In this document: positions 34,432 to 43,637 of the stretch, piece by piece
How positions within the stretch are numbered: position 1 is the first letter of the stretch
How the letters are laid out: the number at the start of each line of letters is the position of its first letter
Origin: Collinsella sp.
GTDB taxonomy: Bacteria; Actinomycetota; Coriobacteriia; Coriobacteriales; Coriobacteriaceae
NCBI GenBank assembly: GCA_048367555.1
Contig: DBGCAP010000001.1
Span: forward strand, 2,578 to 66,577
Length of the DNA: 64,000 nucleotides
Direction: 5' to 3'
Made by a program: the position numbers and the translations under genes
Notes under the pieces: generated by a model
What the model was told of the DNA's origin: nothing
Databases searched by the model: none
What the model saw: the letters and a program-made list of their open reading frames with translations, nothing else

Positions 34432-36033
34432 GTGTCTGCAGCCATCAAACCCTTCGGCGACGAGTTCGAAGAATATGGTCGCGATGAATCTCGCATATCG
34501 GGCGAGGCGTCGAGCATCTCGTTTCCGACAACGGAGGACGAAGTCCGCGCCATTCTGCGAAAGCTCCATGCCGAGCATGTTCAGATAACGGTCCAAGGCG
34601 CTCGAACCGGTCTGGCTGCCGGTGCCGTGCCCCACGGCGGACATATCCTCAACACTTCTCGTATGAATCGCTACCTGGGTCTTCGCCGCGACGAGCAGGG
34701 CCGTTTTCTGCTGCGCGTGGAGCCGGGGGTCGTGCTTTCGGAGTTGCGCAAGCAGCTGGGCAAGAAGGCATTGCCGACCGCTGGCTGGGATCAGGCATCG
34801 CTTGAGGCCTATGAGGAGTTCCAGGCAGCTCCCGAGCAGTTCTTTCCCACCGATCCCACCGAGGCATCTGCCTGCCTGGGCGGCATGGCGGCGTGCAATG
34901 CCTCCGGTGCCCGCAGCTACGCCTATGGCCCCATGCGCCCGCACGTTACGGGGCTTCACGTGGCACTGGCGGACGGCGATTTGCTCGAGCTTCATCGAGG
35001 TCGGGCGCACGCTGACGCACGCCACTTGTCGCTCGTGACGGCAGGGGGTCGCGCGCTCGAGCTGGATCTTCCCGGCTATACCATGCCCAAGACCAAAAAC
35101 GCGTCAGGTTATTTCGTTGCGGATGACATGGACGCCATCGACCTCTTTATTGGCGCATGCGGCACACTCGGCGTCATCACCGAGCTCGAGATTGCCCTGC
35201 AGGCGGTGCCTGCGGTCGTTTGGGGCGTGAGCTGCTTCTTTGACAGCGAAGACAAGGCCGTGTCCTTCACCGATTCTGTGCGTTCCGTCTTGTCCCACGC
35301 GGCTGCCATCGAATATTTCGATGCGGGTGCCCTGGATATCCTGCGTCGTCAGCGTGAGCAGTCGACCGCGTTCGCCTCGCTGCCGGCGCTCGACAAAGAC
35401 GCCAAGGTCTGTGTCTACGTGGAGCTCGACTGCGACGACGAAGCCCAGGCGACTGAGGAGCTGTATCACTTGGGGTGGGTACTAGAGCTTGCGGGCGGCC
35501 GCGACGACGCGACCTGGGTTGCGCGCACCGAGGTCGATCGCGAATGCCAGCGGTTCTTCCGCCACGCCGTTCCCGAGAGCGTCAACATGCTCATCGACGA
35601 GCGTCGCCGCACGGATCCCACCATCACCAAACTGGGGTCGGATATGTCGGTGCCCAACACGCGCTTGGCCGATGTCGTTGCCCTCTATCGTTACACACTG
35701 GCCGAAAGCGGGCTTGAGTCTGCTGCCTGGGGACATATAGGTAACAACCATCTGCATGTGAACATTCTGCCGCGCGATGCGCAGGATTACCGCCGCGGCG
35801 GAGAACTCTTTGCCCAGTGGGCTTCCGAGGTCACGGCCATGGGCGGCGCCGTCTCTGCCGAGCACGGCGTCGGCAAGATCAAGGCGGGCTTCTTGGAGAC
35901 GATGTACGGTCACGAGGCCATGGTAGAGTCGGCGCGGCTCAAGCTCCAGCTCGATCCTGCCGGGCGGCTGGGTCGCGGCAACCTGTTTTCGGAGAAGCTC
36001 TTGGATGAGCTCGTTCAGAAAGGGGGCGCGTGA
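34432..36033 (+). CDS. FAD-linked oxidase (GlcD / D-lactate dehydrogenase family), LctD-like
   Basis: FAD_binding_4-type N-terminal half (VQGARTGLAAGAVP) and an FAD-oxidase C-terminal domain (SAEHGVGKIK). GTG start. It is directly followed by etfBA. Confidence 0.85.
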   Translation: MSAAIKPFGDEFEEYGRDESRISGEASSISFPTTEDEVRAILRKLHAEHVQITVQGARTGLAAGAVPHGGHILNTSRMNRYLGLRRDEQGRFLLRVEPGVVLSELRKQLGKKALPTAGWDQASLEAYEEFQAAPEQFFPTDPTEASACLGGMAACNASGARSYAYGPMRPHVTGLHVALADGDLLELHRGRAHADARHLSLVTAGGRALELDLPGYTMPKTKNASGYFVADDMDAIDLFIGACGTLGVITELEIALQAVPAVVWGVSCFFDSEDKAVSFTDSVRSVLSHAAAIEYFDAGALDILRRQREQSTAFASLPALDKDAKVCVYVELDCDDEAQATEELYHLGWVLELAGGRDDATWVARTEVDRECQRFFRHAVPESVNMLIDERRRTDPTITKLGSDMSVPNTRLADVVALYRYTLAESGLESAAWGHIGNNHLHVNILPRDAQDYRRGGELFAQWASEVTAMGGAVSAEHGVGKIKAGFLETMYGHEAMVESARLKLQLDPAGRLGRGNLFSEKLLDELVQKGGA

Positions 36034-36035
36034 AG

Positions 36036-36851
36036 ATGAGCGATTTCCATATGGTGGTGTGCGTCAAGGCGGTGCCGGGCAGCACCGAGGTCAAGATGGA
36101 CCCCAAGACCAATACCATCGTGCGCGATGGCAAGCAGGTGGTCATTAATCCCTTTGACGCGAGCGCTTTGGAATGCGCGCTGGCGCTGAAGGACGACTTT
36201 ATCGGCTTTGGCATGGACGTGCGCGTAACGGTGGTGTCGATGGGCATCCCCGCGACTGAATCGCTATTGCGCGACTGCATCGCCCGAGGCGCCGATGACG
36301 CGCTGCTGCTAACCGATCGCGCCTTTGCAGGTGCCGATACCCTGGCAACCACCTATGCCCTCAAGTGCGGCATCGAGGCGCTCGACGAGGACTTCGACCT
36401 GCTCATCTGCGGCAAGATGGCGGTAGATGGCGATACCGCCCAGATCGGCCCCGAGCTGGCCGGCGCCTTCGAGATTCCCTGCGTGACCGATGTGAGCTGC
36501 GTGCAGAGCGCAGGTTTTACGACGTGCGGTGCGCTTTCGCTCGTTCACGGTTGCGACGCCGGCGAGGAGACGGTCTATCTGGAGATGCCGTGCGCGATGA
36601 CGACCGCCAAGGAGATCGGCCAGCTGCGTATGCCGAGCATTGCCGGTATTCGTGCGGCCGAGGAGGCGGACGTGCGCGTGGTCAACGCTGCCGACGTGAA
36701 CGCTGACCCCGCGCGCTGCGGCCTTACCGGATCGCCGACGCAGGTCGTGCGCTCGTTTGTGCCCGACCGCGACCAAACGTGCGAGGCCGTTGACGGAACG
36801 GCGTCCGAGCAGGCGGCAAAACTTGCCAAGATTATCGAGGGGATGGCATAG
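36036..36851 (+). CDS. etfB: Electron transfer flavoprotein beta subunit
   Basis: MVVCVKAVPGSTEVKMDPKTNTIVRDG...INPFDASALECAL is the canonical EtfB N-terminus. ATG 36036 is preferred over GTG 36030 on RBS spacing. Confidence 0.9.
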   Translation: MSDFHMVVCVKAVPGSTEVKMDPKTNTIVRDGKQVVINPFDASALECALALKDDFIGFGMDVRVTVVSMGIPATESLLRDCIARGADDALLLTDRAFAGADTLATTYALKCGIEALDEDFDLLICGKMAVDGDTAQIGPELAGAFEIPCVTDVSCVQSAGFTTCGALSLVHGCDAGEETVYLEMPCAMTTAKEIGQLRMPSIAGIRAAEEADVRVVNAADVNADPARCGLTGSPTQVVRSFVPDRDQTCEAVDGTASEQAAKLAKIIEGMA

Positions 36852-38057
36852 ATGAGCGGACTGATTATCGATAGCGAAGCCTGTATCGGCTGCGGTCGCT
36901 GCGTTCGCGCCTGTGCCTCGGACGGCATCGTAGTGGAAGGCGAGCGGCCCAACCGTTGCACCCGCGTAACCGACGGCTGCATCCTATGCGGTGGATGTGT
37001 CGACGCCTGCCCCGTCAACGCTATCTCGATCGAGCGTGACGAGGCCGCCGGTGCGGTTGACCTTGACGCATATCGAGACATTTGGGTCTTCGTGCAAACT
37101 GACGAGCACGATGCCGTAGCATCCGTGGCGTTCGAGCTTATGGGCAAGGGCCGCGAGCTTGCCGATGCCCGTGGTTGCCGTCTGGTGGCATTGGCCGGCA
37201 TGGGCCCCGAGGGCTCGCTTAAGGACCTGGAGCATCTGGTCTGCGCCGGTGCCGATGAGGTCGTGGTCTGCCGCGACGAGCGACTGCGCCAAAACGATGC
37301 GGAGGTCTATGCTCGCTTGATTTGCGATTTGGTTGCCGAGCGCAGGCCCGAGGCCATTCTGTACGGTGCGACCGCCTTTGGCCGTGAGCTGGCGCCCGGT
37401 GTGGCCGTACGCTTGCAGACGGGCCTTACGGCCGACTGCACGGTGCTTTCGATGGATGCGGAGACGGGTCTGCTGCAGCAGACGCGCCCGGCGTTTGGCG
37501 GCAACTTGATGGCCACCATCGTCTGCCCCAATCACCGTCCCCAGATGGCAACGGTGCGTCCCGGCATCTTTGAGGCGCCCGACTTTGACTACAGCCGTTC
37601 TGGCGCAATCACCCAGGTACCGCTTGCGGATGATGTTAAGGCCCGCGTCGAGATCTCGATTCCCGCCGAGGAGTGGGGGCAGCAGGCATCAATTGCCGAT
37701 GCCGAGCGCCTGGTCGTGGTGGGCCGCGGCATTGGCTCCAAGAAGAATCTGCCTCTGATGCGAAAACTCGCCGATGCGCTGGGTGCCGAGCTTGGTTGCA
37801 CGCGTCCCGTCGTGGAGGCGGGTTGGCTGGAGTACCGCCACCAGATCGGCCAGACCGGCGTGTCGGTTTCGCCTAAGCTCCTCGTGAGCATCGGCGTTTC
37901 GGGTGCTATCCAGCACCTAGCCGGCATCGGCGGCGCGGAGTGCATCATCGCCGTCAACGAGGACCCGGATGCTCCCATCTTTGGCGCTGCGCAGTACAAA
38001 GTTGTCGGCGACGCCGTCGAAGTTGTCGAGGAGCTTCTGGCCCAGCTCGAGCGCTAG
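36852..38057 (+). CDS. etfA: Electron transfer flavoprotein alpha subunit with an N-terminal 2x[4Fe-4S] ferredoxin domain
   Basis: CIGCGRCVRAC and CILCGGCVDACP clusters, followed by EtfA core motifs (VVVGRGIGSKKN, SGAIQHLAG). Confidence 0.9.
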   Translation: MSGLIIDSEACIGCGRCVRACASDGIVVEGERPNRCTRVTDGCILCGGCVDACPVNAISIERDEAAGAVDLDAYRDIWVFVQTDEHDAVASVAFELMGKGRELADARGCRLVALAGMGPEGSLKDLEHLVCAGADEVVVCRDERLRQNDAEVYARLICDLVAERRPEAILYGATAFGRELAPGVAVRLQTGLTADCTVLSMDAETGLLQQTRPAFGGNLMATIVCPNHRPQMATVRPGIFEAPDFDYSRSGAITQVPLADDVKARVEISIPAEEWGQQASIADAERLVVVGRGIGSKKNLPLMRKLADALGAELGCTRPVVEAGWLEYRHQIGQTGVSVSPKLLVSIGVSGAIQHLAGIGGAECIIAVNEDPDAPIFGAAQYKVVGDAVEVVEELLAQLER

Positions 38058-38866
38058 GCGCCGGCCAGCCAGGCTCGCATCTCTTTCTTTAGGCGTTCCC
38101 AGGTCGCTCGCGTGGCGGGGTCGGTAAAGGGGCGCACGATGCCAAAGGGCGCGTCGAGCAGGCGGTAGATATCGCCCTGCTCGCGCGCCAGCGCGCGGCT
38201 TGCCGGATAGACGAGCTCAAACATAAAGCAGATGAGCCCTACCAGGTAGTCGGCGGCCTCATCGCGTTCGTCGCGTGCAACGCAGCGGCGCTCGTCAAAG
38301 GCGGCGAGCGCCGGTGTCGAGAACCGGCTGGCGAGAAATGTGTCCTCATCCACTTTGAGGATGGTGTCGACGGTACTGTCGGCGATGGTGCGCATGATGT
38401 CGATCTTGTCGCCATCGCGCACAATATCGCAGAAGCGCCGCGTGCGCTCGTCGAGCTGCGCGGGTAGGCGGAAATCGCTGTGATAGGCAATGCTTGCGCG
38501 AATCAACTCGTCTTCTGCCGGGTTGTCGATAAAGTCGCGGATACTTGTTGCCGCGGGCGCGCCTGCAGGCGTTTCGCCAAAGAGGACCTCGACGCCCAAC
38601 GCCGCATGGCTCATGCTTTCGGCATCCTTAAACGTATCCCAGCGTCGCAGCTGCTCAAAGCGGCCCATATCGTGCAGCAGGCCGCAAAGCCACGCCAAGT
38701 CAATGTCCTGCGGTGACCAGTCCTGTTCTCGTGCCACGGCATCGCATACTTCGGCAACGTGGTATGTATGCTCGATTTTGAGCGCGATACGAGGATTGGC
38801 GGCATCGTAGGCGTCGGTGTAGGTCTTGAAGGCCGCGGCAGCCCGCGTTCGATCGATAGCTGTCAT
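38054..38866 (-). CDS. HD-domain phosphohydrolase
   Basis: HTYHVAEV...LLHDMGRFEQ is an H...HD metal-binding signature. Confidence 0.8.
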   Translation of the reverse strand: MTAIDRTRAAAAFKTYTDAYDAANPRIALKIEHTYHVAEVCDAVAREQDWSPQDIDLAWLCGLLHDMGRFEQLRRWDTFKDAESMSHAALGVEVLFGETPAGAPAATSIRDFIDNPAEDELIRASIAYHSDFRLPAQLDERTRRFCDIVRDGDKIDIMRTIADSTVDTILKVDEDTFLASRFSTPALAAFDERRCVARDERDEAADYLVGLICFMFELVYPASRALAREQGDIYRLLDAPFGIVRPFTDPATRATWERLKKEMRAWLAGA

Positions 38867-39004
38867 AATGACTTCCTAAAAAAGTTGTGTCTTTCTGTGT
38901 CTTTCGATCCGGTGGCAATTGTAGGTGAACTCGGTTGCCATCGGGCGATGATTCTGCCGCGTCGTTGAATGCGGCTCGGAAATCTTATCGGGACGAGGAA
39001 CGCT

Positions 39005-39697
39005 ATGGTACTCAAAATCGTTAAAACCGTCTGGCCGGTGATGCTTACCTATGTTGCGATAGGCGCGCCGTGCGGAATGATTATGGCGCAGACGGGAATG
39101 GAGCCCTGGATGGTCTTTGCCCTGAGCAGCACGTTCGTGACGGGCAGCGGACAGTTTATGGTCTGCAATCTGTGGCTGGCAGGTGTGCCTGCGGCATCGA
39201 TCGTCGCGAGCGTCGTCGCAATCTCCTCGCGTTTTGCGCTTTACTCGGCATCGATTGCACCGTATCTGACGGGTGCCTCGAAGCGTCAGACGCTGGCTGT
39301 TGCCGCGACACTTACCGAGGAGGCATATGGCATCTCGCTTGCCAAGCTGATTGAGGGGGAGGATTGGGGCCCGCGCGAGTCCTTTGTGCTCAACGCAATC
39401 CTCATCGCAACATGGGGCGTTTCGTGTACGACGGGCGCCATCGTCGGCGCCGTTGTCGATGTTCCCACCGCTATTGCGGGTTTTGTCTGCACATCGCTCT
39501 TTATCTGTCTACTCTTTTCGCAGCGACTGTCGAGCGGCAATGTCGTAGCTGCCAGTTTGGCTGCGGTATCCGTCGCCATATGCAAGTTCTTGGGGTGGAC
39601 GAATATCGCCGTGCCGGCAAGCGTGCTCGTCGGCGTTGTCGCGGCGCTTGCGCGCGATGCTCTCGCCGAGGGAAGGGGTGCTCGCGATGCCCGTTAA
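39005..39697 (+). CDS. azlC: AzlC-family branched-chain amino acid exporter subunit
   Basis: AzlC-type multi-TM protein (GAPCGMIMAQTGM..., SGQFM). RBS GAGGAA lies before ATG 39005. Confidence 0.85.
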   Translation: MVLKIVKTVWPVMLTYVAIGAPCGMIMAQTGMEPWMVFALSSTFVTGSGQFMVCNLWLAGVPAASIVASVVAISSRFALYSASIAPYLTGASKRQTLAVAATLTEEAYGISLAKLIEGEDWGPRESFVLNAILIATWGVSCTTGAIVGAVVDVPTAIAGFVCTSLFICLLFSQRLSSGNVVAASLAAVSVAICKFLGWTNIAVPASVLVGVVAALARDALAEGRGARDAR

Positions 39698-40010
39698 CGA
39701 GTTTTTGGTCCTGTGGCTGTCGTCGTGGGCGGCTATCGCATTTTTCCGCATTGCCCCGGCGTTCGCCTTGCGCGGGAGAACGCTGTCGCCCCACGTTACC
39801 GAGGCCTTGGGTTATATTCCGCCCGCCGCCTTCGCGGCACTGGTTGCTAACGAATTGATAAGCCCTGGCGCTTTTGACGCCGGTTTGTGGCAGGGCTTGA
39901 TTCCCTGGATTGCGGCTGCCGGCGTCGTGGCGGTGGCAATCAAGACAAAGTCGATGCTATGGTGCTGCGTCTCGGGCATCGTGCTCTACATCGTTTTGAG
40001 CCTCGTATAA
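39687..40010 (+). CDS. azlD: AzlD-family small membrane subunit
   Basis: About 107-aa hydrophobic protein. Its start overlaps the azlC stop by 11 nt, the typical azlCD arrangement. Confidence 0.75.
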   Translation: MPVNEFLVLWLSSWAAIAFFRIAPAFALRGRTLSPHVTEALGYIPPAAFAALVANELISPGAFDAGLWQGLIPWIAAAGVVAVAIKTKSMLWCCVSGIVLYIVLSLV

Positions 40011-40149
40011 GAGCGGGACGCGTTATCATCCCGGCTAACGAATCCAATTTCTCACCGAGGCGGCCTGCTTCTTCTGGTACCATGGTCAAACTTTACTGTA
40101 GCAAAGCATGACGTGGGCTTTTGTTCCGCGTCAGCGGAAATGGGGCTTC

Positions 40150-41172
40150 ATGGTACAGGAGGCGACCGCCAACGAGCAAAAGAAATTCAAAGTGCCGCGC
40201 ATCCCGGGTGACATCATGATCTACCCGATGATCGTCGGCCTTTTGCTCAATACCTTCTGCCCGCAGGTCTTCGAGATCGGTGGCTTCTTTACCGCCGCCT
40301 GCCGCGGCGGCTCCAACACCATCGTCGCCGCGATCTTGCTGTTTGTGGGCGCCGGCATCAGCTTTAAGTCCACGCCGGGCGCTATCAAGACCGGCATCGT
40401 CGTACTGATCCCCAAGCTTGTTGTTGCGGCTGCCCTTGGCTTGGGTGTGGCATATTTCTTTAACGACATCTTTCTGGGCCTGAGCTCCGTGTCTATCATC
40501 GGCGGCATTACGTTTTGCAACATGGCGCTCTACACGGGCATCATGGGCGAATTCGGCGACGAGTCCGAGCAGGGCGCCGTGGGTATCCTGTTCTTTACGG
40601 CCGGTCCCGCCGTCACCATGATCATCCTGGGCGTTTCGGGTCTTGCTAATATCCCGCTGGGCACCATCGTCGGCTCCATCCTGCCGCTCGTTATCGGCAT
40701 GGTTCTGGGCAACCTCTTCCCGTTCATCAAGAACTTGCTGGTTCCCGGCGCCAATCCCGCGATCGCCGTTATCGGATTTCAGCTCGGTGCGTCCATGAGC
40801 CTTTCGAGCTTTATCACCGGCGGTATTTCCGGCATCTTGCTGGGGCTTGTCACGCTGTTTGTCGTCGGTCCCATCACCTTTGTGTTCGAGCGCCTGTGCG
40901 GCGGTAACGGCAAGGCTGCCGTGGCTTGCTCCACCATTGCCGGCACGGCTATGACCACGCCGGTTGCTCTTGCCGAGGTCGCGCCGCGCTATGCCGAGCT
41001 TGCACCCACTGCGTACGCTCAGATCGCCACCGCCGTTATCATCACGGCGATTATGGCTCCGATTCTGACCGGCTGGGTCGACAAGAAGTTCTGCCAAGGC
41101 AAGGAGGATCTGTCGCCTGCCGGTGTCGAGGCCATCGAGGAAGCCGTCGCGACCGACATCGATGGCGAGTAG
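40150..41172 (+). CDS. kdgT: 2-keto-3-deoxygluconate permease (KdgT family)
   Basis: IPGDIMIYPMIVGLLLNTFCPQVFEIGGFFTAA...LLFVGAGISFK closely follows the KdgT N-terminal pattern. Confidence 0.8.
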   Translation: MVQEATANEQKKFKVPRIPGDIMIYPMIVGLLLNTFCPQVFEIGGFFTAACRGGSNTIVAAILLFVGAGISFKSTPGAIKTGIVVLIPKLVVAAALGLGVAYFFNDIFLGLSSVSIIGGITFCNMALYTGIMGEFGDESEQGAVGILFFTAGPAVTMIILGVSGLANIPLGTIVGSILPLVIGMVLGNLFPFIKNLLVPGANPAIAVIGFQLGASMSLSSFITGGISGILLGLVTLFVVGPITFVFERLCGGNGKAAVACSTIAGTAMTTPVALAEVAPRYAELAPTAYAQIATAVIITAIMAPILTGWVDKKFCQGKEDLSPAGVEAIEEAVATDIDGE

Positions 41173-41299
41173 CAATCGGTACCCATCAATGATGCCGGCG
41201 TGCAACTCGCGCCGTTTGAGCGCCCGAACGAAAGCTGTCTTGCAGTGACGTTCGGGCGCTCTGCTATTATTCCCCTTATCCCTGTGGAGTAGGGGGTGT

Positions 41300-42502
41300 T
41301 TGTTGCCCAGATTCGAATTGGGCGATTCTGGCCACTTAGATATTGAAGGGATGGCGCTAGTGGTTAAGGCACTCAAGATAGAGATATTCGTGCTATGCAT
41401 GATTGTTCTTATCGGGCTTGCCGCACGAAGCCGCCGCTCCTTGTTCTCGAGCACCCAGCAGCTCTTGTTTAGCATGCTCGGCTACACCTCCGCTGCCTAC
41501 ATTTTCTTCGATATGATCTGGACGCTCTCGGACGGCGTGAGCACTCCTGTAGGCATCACGGCCAACTGGATTTCCAACGCGGTCTCGTTTTCGCTGTTCG
41601 CCATCGCGTGCCTCATTTGGTTTTTGTATTCCGAGACAGTGCAGGGCTCTCGCCTTTTGTCCGCGCGCTATAGGGTGGTGCTTGTAGCGTTACCTACGGC
41701 TCTGGTGGTCGTGCTGGCGTTTGCCAGTTACTGGACGCACGCCCTGTTCTATATCGATTCGCAGGGCGTGTATCGTCGCGGAGCGCTTTATATGATTCAA
41801 CCTATCGTTAGCTACTGCTACGTTATATATACGTCCTTGCATGCCTTTATTCAGGCTCGAAAAGTCGAAAGTCTGCAAAAGAAGGCCATTTATCGCACCC
41901 TCGCCTTTTTTGCGGTTCCCGCTCTGGTGGGCGGTACCTTCCAGGTTTTGTTTTCGGTACCGGGCCTTTGTGTCGGTATAACGCTGAGCATCCTGCTGCT
42001 CTACATCATCTACCAGGAGCAGCTGATCTCGACCGACCCGTTGACTGGCCTTAACAATCGCAACCGTTTTGAGACCTATATGCTGTCGCTCTTTTCAAAT
42101 GTGGATCAGGCCGAAGATGTATATCTGCTTATGATGGACGCCGACGGCTTTAAGCAGATTAACGATCGCTATGGACATGTGGAGGGTGACCATGCTCTTC
42201 AGGTCATCTCCACTGCGCTCAAAGAAGTCTGCTCGGCGTCTGGTAGCTTTATCGCACGTTATGGCGGCGATGAGTTCGTGGTGCTTCAAAAGGCGGCGGC
42301 GGAGCAGGATGTCATGCATCTGTGCGCGACGATCAACGACGAGCTCGCGCGCGCCGAGGTTCCGTATCTGTTGCGGATGTCCATCGGCTACGCACGGGTT
42401 GGTGATGGCGTCGATACCTGGCAAGACTTGCTTCGCACTGCCGACGCGGAGCTCTACCGCGTAAAGCGCGAGAAGAAGAAGGCCGGCGTCCAGATACGCT
42501 AG
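41300..42502 (+). CDS. Membrane-bound diguanylate cyclase (multi-TM sensor region plus GGDEF domain)
   Basis: DPLTGLNNRNRF, DADGFKQINDRYGHVEGD, and RYGGDEFVV (the GGDEF active site). The start is uncertain (TTG 41300 or ATG 41351). Confidence 0.85.
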   Translation: MLPRFELGDSGHLDIEGMALVVKALKIEIFVLCMIVLIGLAARSRRSLFSSTQQLLFSMLGYTSAAYIFFDMIWTLSDGVSTPVGITANWISNAVSFSLFAIACLIWFLYSETVQGSRLLSARYRVVLVALPTALVVVLAFASYWTHALFYIDSQGVYRRGALYMIQPIVSYCYVIYTSLHAFIQARKVESLQKKAIYRTLAFFAVPALVGGTFQVLFSVPGLCVGITLSILLLYIIYQEQLISTDPLTGLNNRNRFETYMLSLFSNVDQAEDVYLLMMDADGFKQINDRYGHVEGDHALQVISTALKEVCSASGSFIARYGGDEFVVLQKAAAEQDVMHLCATINDELARAEVPYLLRMSIGYARVGDGVDTWQDLLRTADAELYRVKREKKKAGVQIR

Positions 42503-42530
42503 AAAAAAGGGGCGCACGCTGGCGTGCGTG
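42503..42530 (-). terminator. Weak hairpin plus U-tract downstream of the DMT transporter gene
   Basis: The minus strand reads CGCACG-ccag-CGTGCG followed by CCCCTTTTTT. Confidence 0.4.
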
Positions 42531-42602
42531 GCGGCCCTCGGCTCACCGATGTACTCCATTAAGATAAAGTGTGCGAACACCCTCCCTAAAAAGGTGAGCT
42601 CG

Positions 42603-43538
42603 CTAGGCTTTTTTGGGTTTGTTGACGATGATGATACCGCCGCAGACCAACAGCAGGGCAACGATGACGGTAACGGGGCTCGTGCCGGCGCCCTCGCCGA
42701 GCAGCAGCGCGCTCAGCAGCACGCCAAAGACCGGGTTCATAAAGCCAAAGACCGAAACGCGGCTGACGGGGTTGACGGCGAGCAGACGGGACCACAGCGA
42801 GTACGCGACGGCGGAAATGAGTGCCATATAAATGATGAGCGCGATGGCGGGGACGATTTCGGTGGGGGACAACGTGCCGCCCATCAAAAACCCGATGGCG
42901 GTAAGGACCACGCCACCGACTAAAAACTGCCAGCCGGCGAGCAAGACGCCGTCATGCTCGCGCGAGAAGATGCCAATGAGACAGGTCGACAGAGCGCCCG
43001 CAACGGTGGAAGCCAAGATAAAACCCTCGCCGTCGAGTGTAAAGCCAAAGGTGCCATCCGCGCCCGAAAGGTTGACGAGCGCGACGCCGGCAAAGCCCAG
43101 CACACAGCCAAGCACCTTGGCCGTATTGAGCTTTTCGGTGCGAAACGCCAGAGCGGCAAAGAGGATAGCCAAGAAGTTGGCGCTGGCCTCGATGATGGAG
43201 CTTGACATAGCGCTTGCACGGGAGAGACCAAGGTAGAAAAAGAAGTACTGGCCAATGGTCTGGAAGAGCGACAAGATACAGATGGGCTTGATATCACGGG
43301 CTTGCGGAACGAGCGGTCGGCGCTGGGCCACGCTCATGCCAACAATGACCAGCATGCCGGCAAGGGTGAAGCGCAGACCCGCGAAGAGCAGCTGCGAGGC
43401 GCTGTCGTGCGCGGGAATGCCAAAGAGGCCGTAGCCGATCTTGATGCAGGGGAAGGCGGAGCCCCAGAGCGCGCAGCAAACGAGGCAGCCCAGGATGAGT
43501 CCGGGCAGGGTGGCGAGATACGGCTTGCGGCTTTCCAT
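42603..43538 (-). CDS. DMT-superfamily (EamA-like) transporter
   Basis: Ten-TM pattern with duplicated EamA halves. Start ATG 43536-43538 with RBS GGAAGGA. Confidence 0.85.
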   Translation of the reverse strand: MESRKPYLATLPGLILGCLVCCALWGSAFPCIKIGYGLFGIPAHDSASQLLFAGLRFTLAGMLVIVGMSVAQRRPLVPQARDIKPICILSLFQTIGQYFFFYLGLSRASAMSSSIIEASANFLAILFAALAFRTEKLNTAKVLGCVLGFAGVALVNLSGADGTFGFTLDGEGFILASTVAGALSTCLIGIFSREHDGVLLAGWQFLVGGVVLTAIGFLMGGTLSPTEIVPAIALIIYMALISAVAYSLWSRLLAVNPVSRVSVFGFMNPVFGVLLSALLLGEGAGTSPVTVIVALLLVCGGIIIVNKPKKA

Positions 43539-43562
43539 GATGTCCTTCCTACATGCGCGAAG

Positions 43563-43600
43563 CAAAAAAGAACCCGCCACCGGATGCGTCGGTGGCGGGT
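43563..43600 (-). terminator. Rho-independent terminator of purL
   Basis: The minus strand reads ACCCGCCACCG-acgcatc-CGGTGGCGGGT followed by TCTTTTTTGC. Confidence 0.75.
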
Positions 43601-43637
43601 GATGTTACCCGAAGGGATTGTACCCGATGGGAAAGGT

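Noticed and set aside
40093-41475. 460-aa minus-strand ORF
   Set aside because: It is antisense to the KdgT permease, with a highly charged low-complexity translation. The KdgT match on the + strand is strong.
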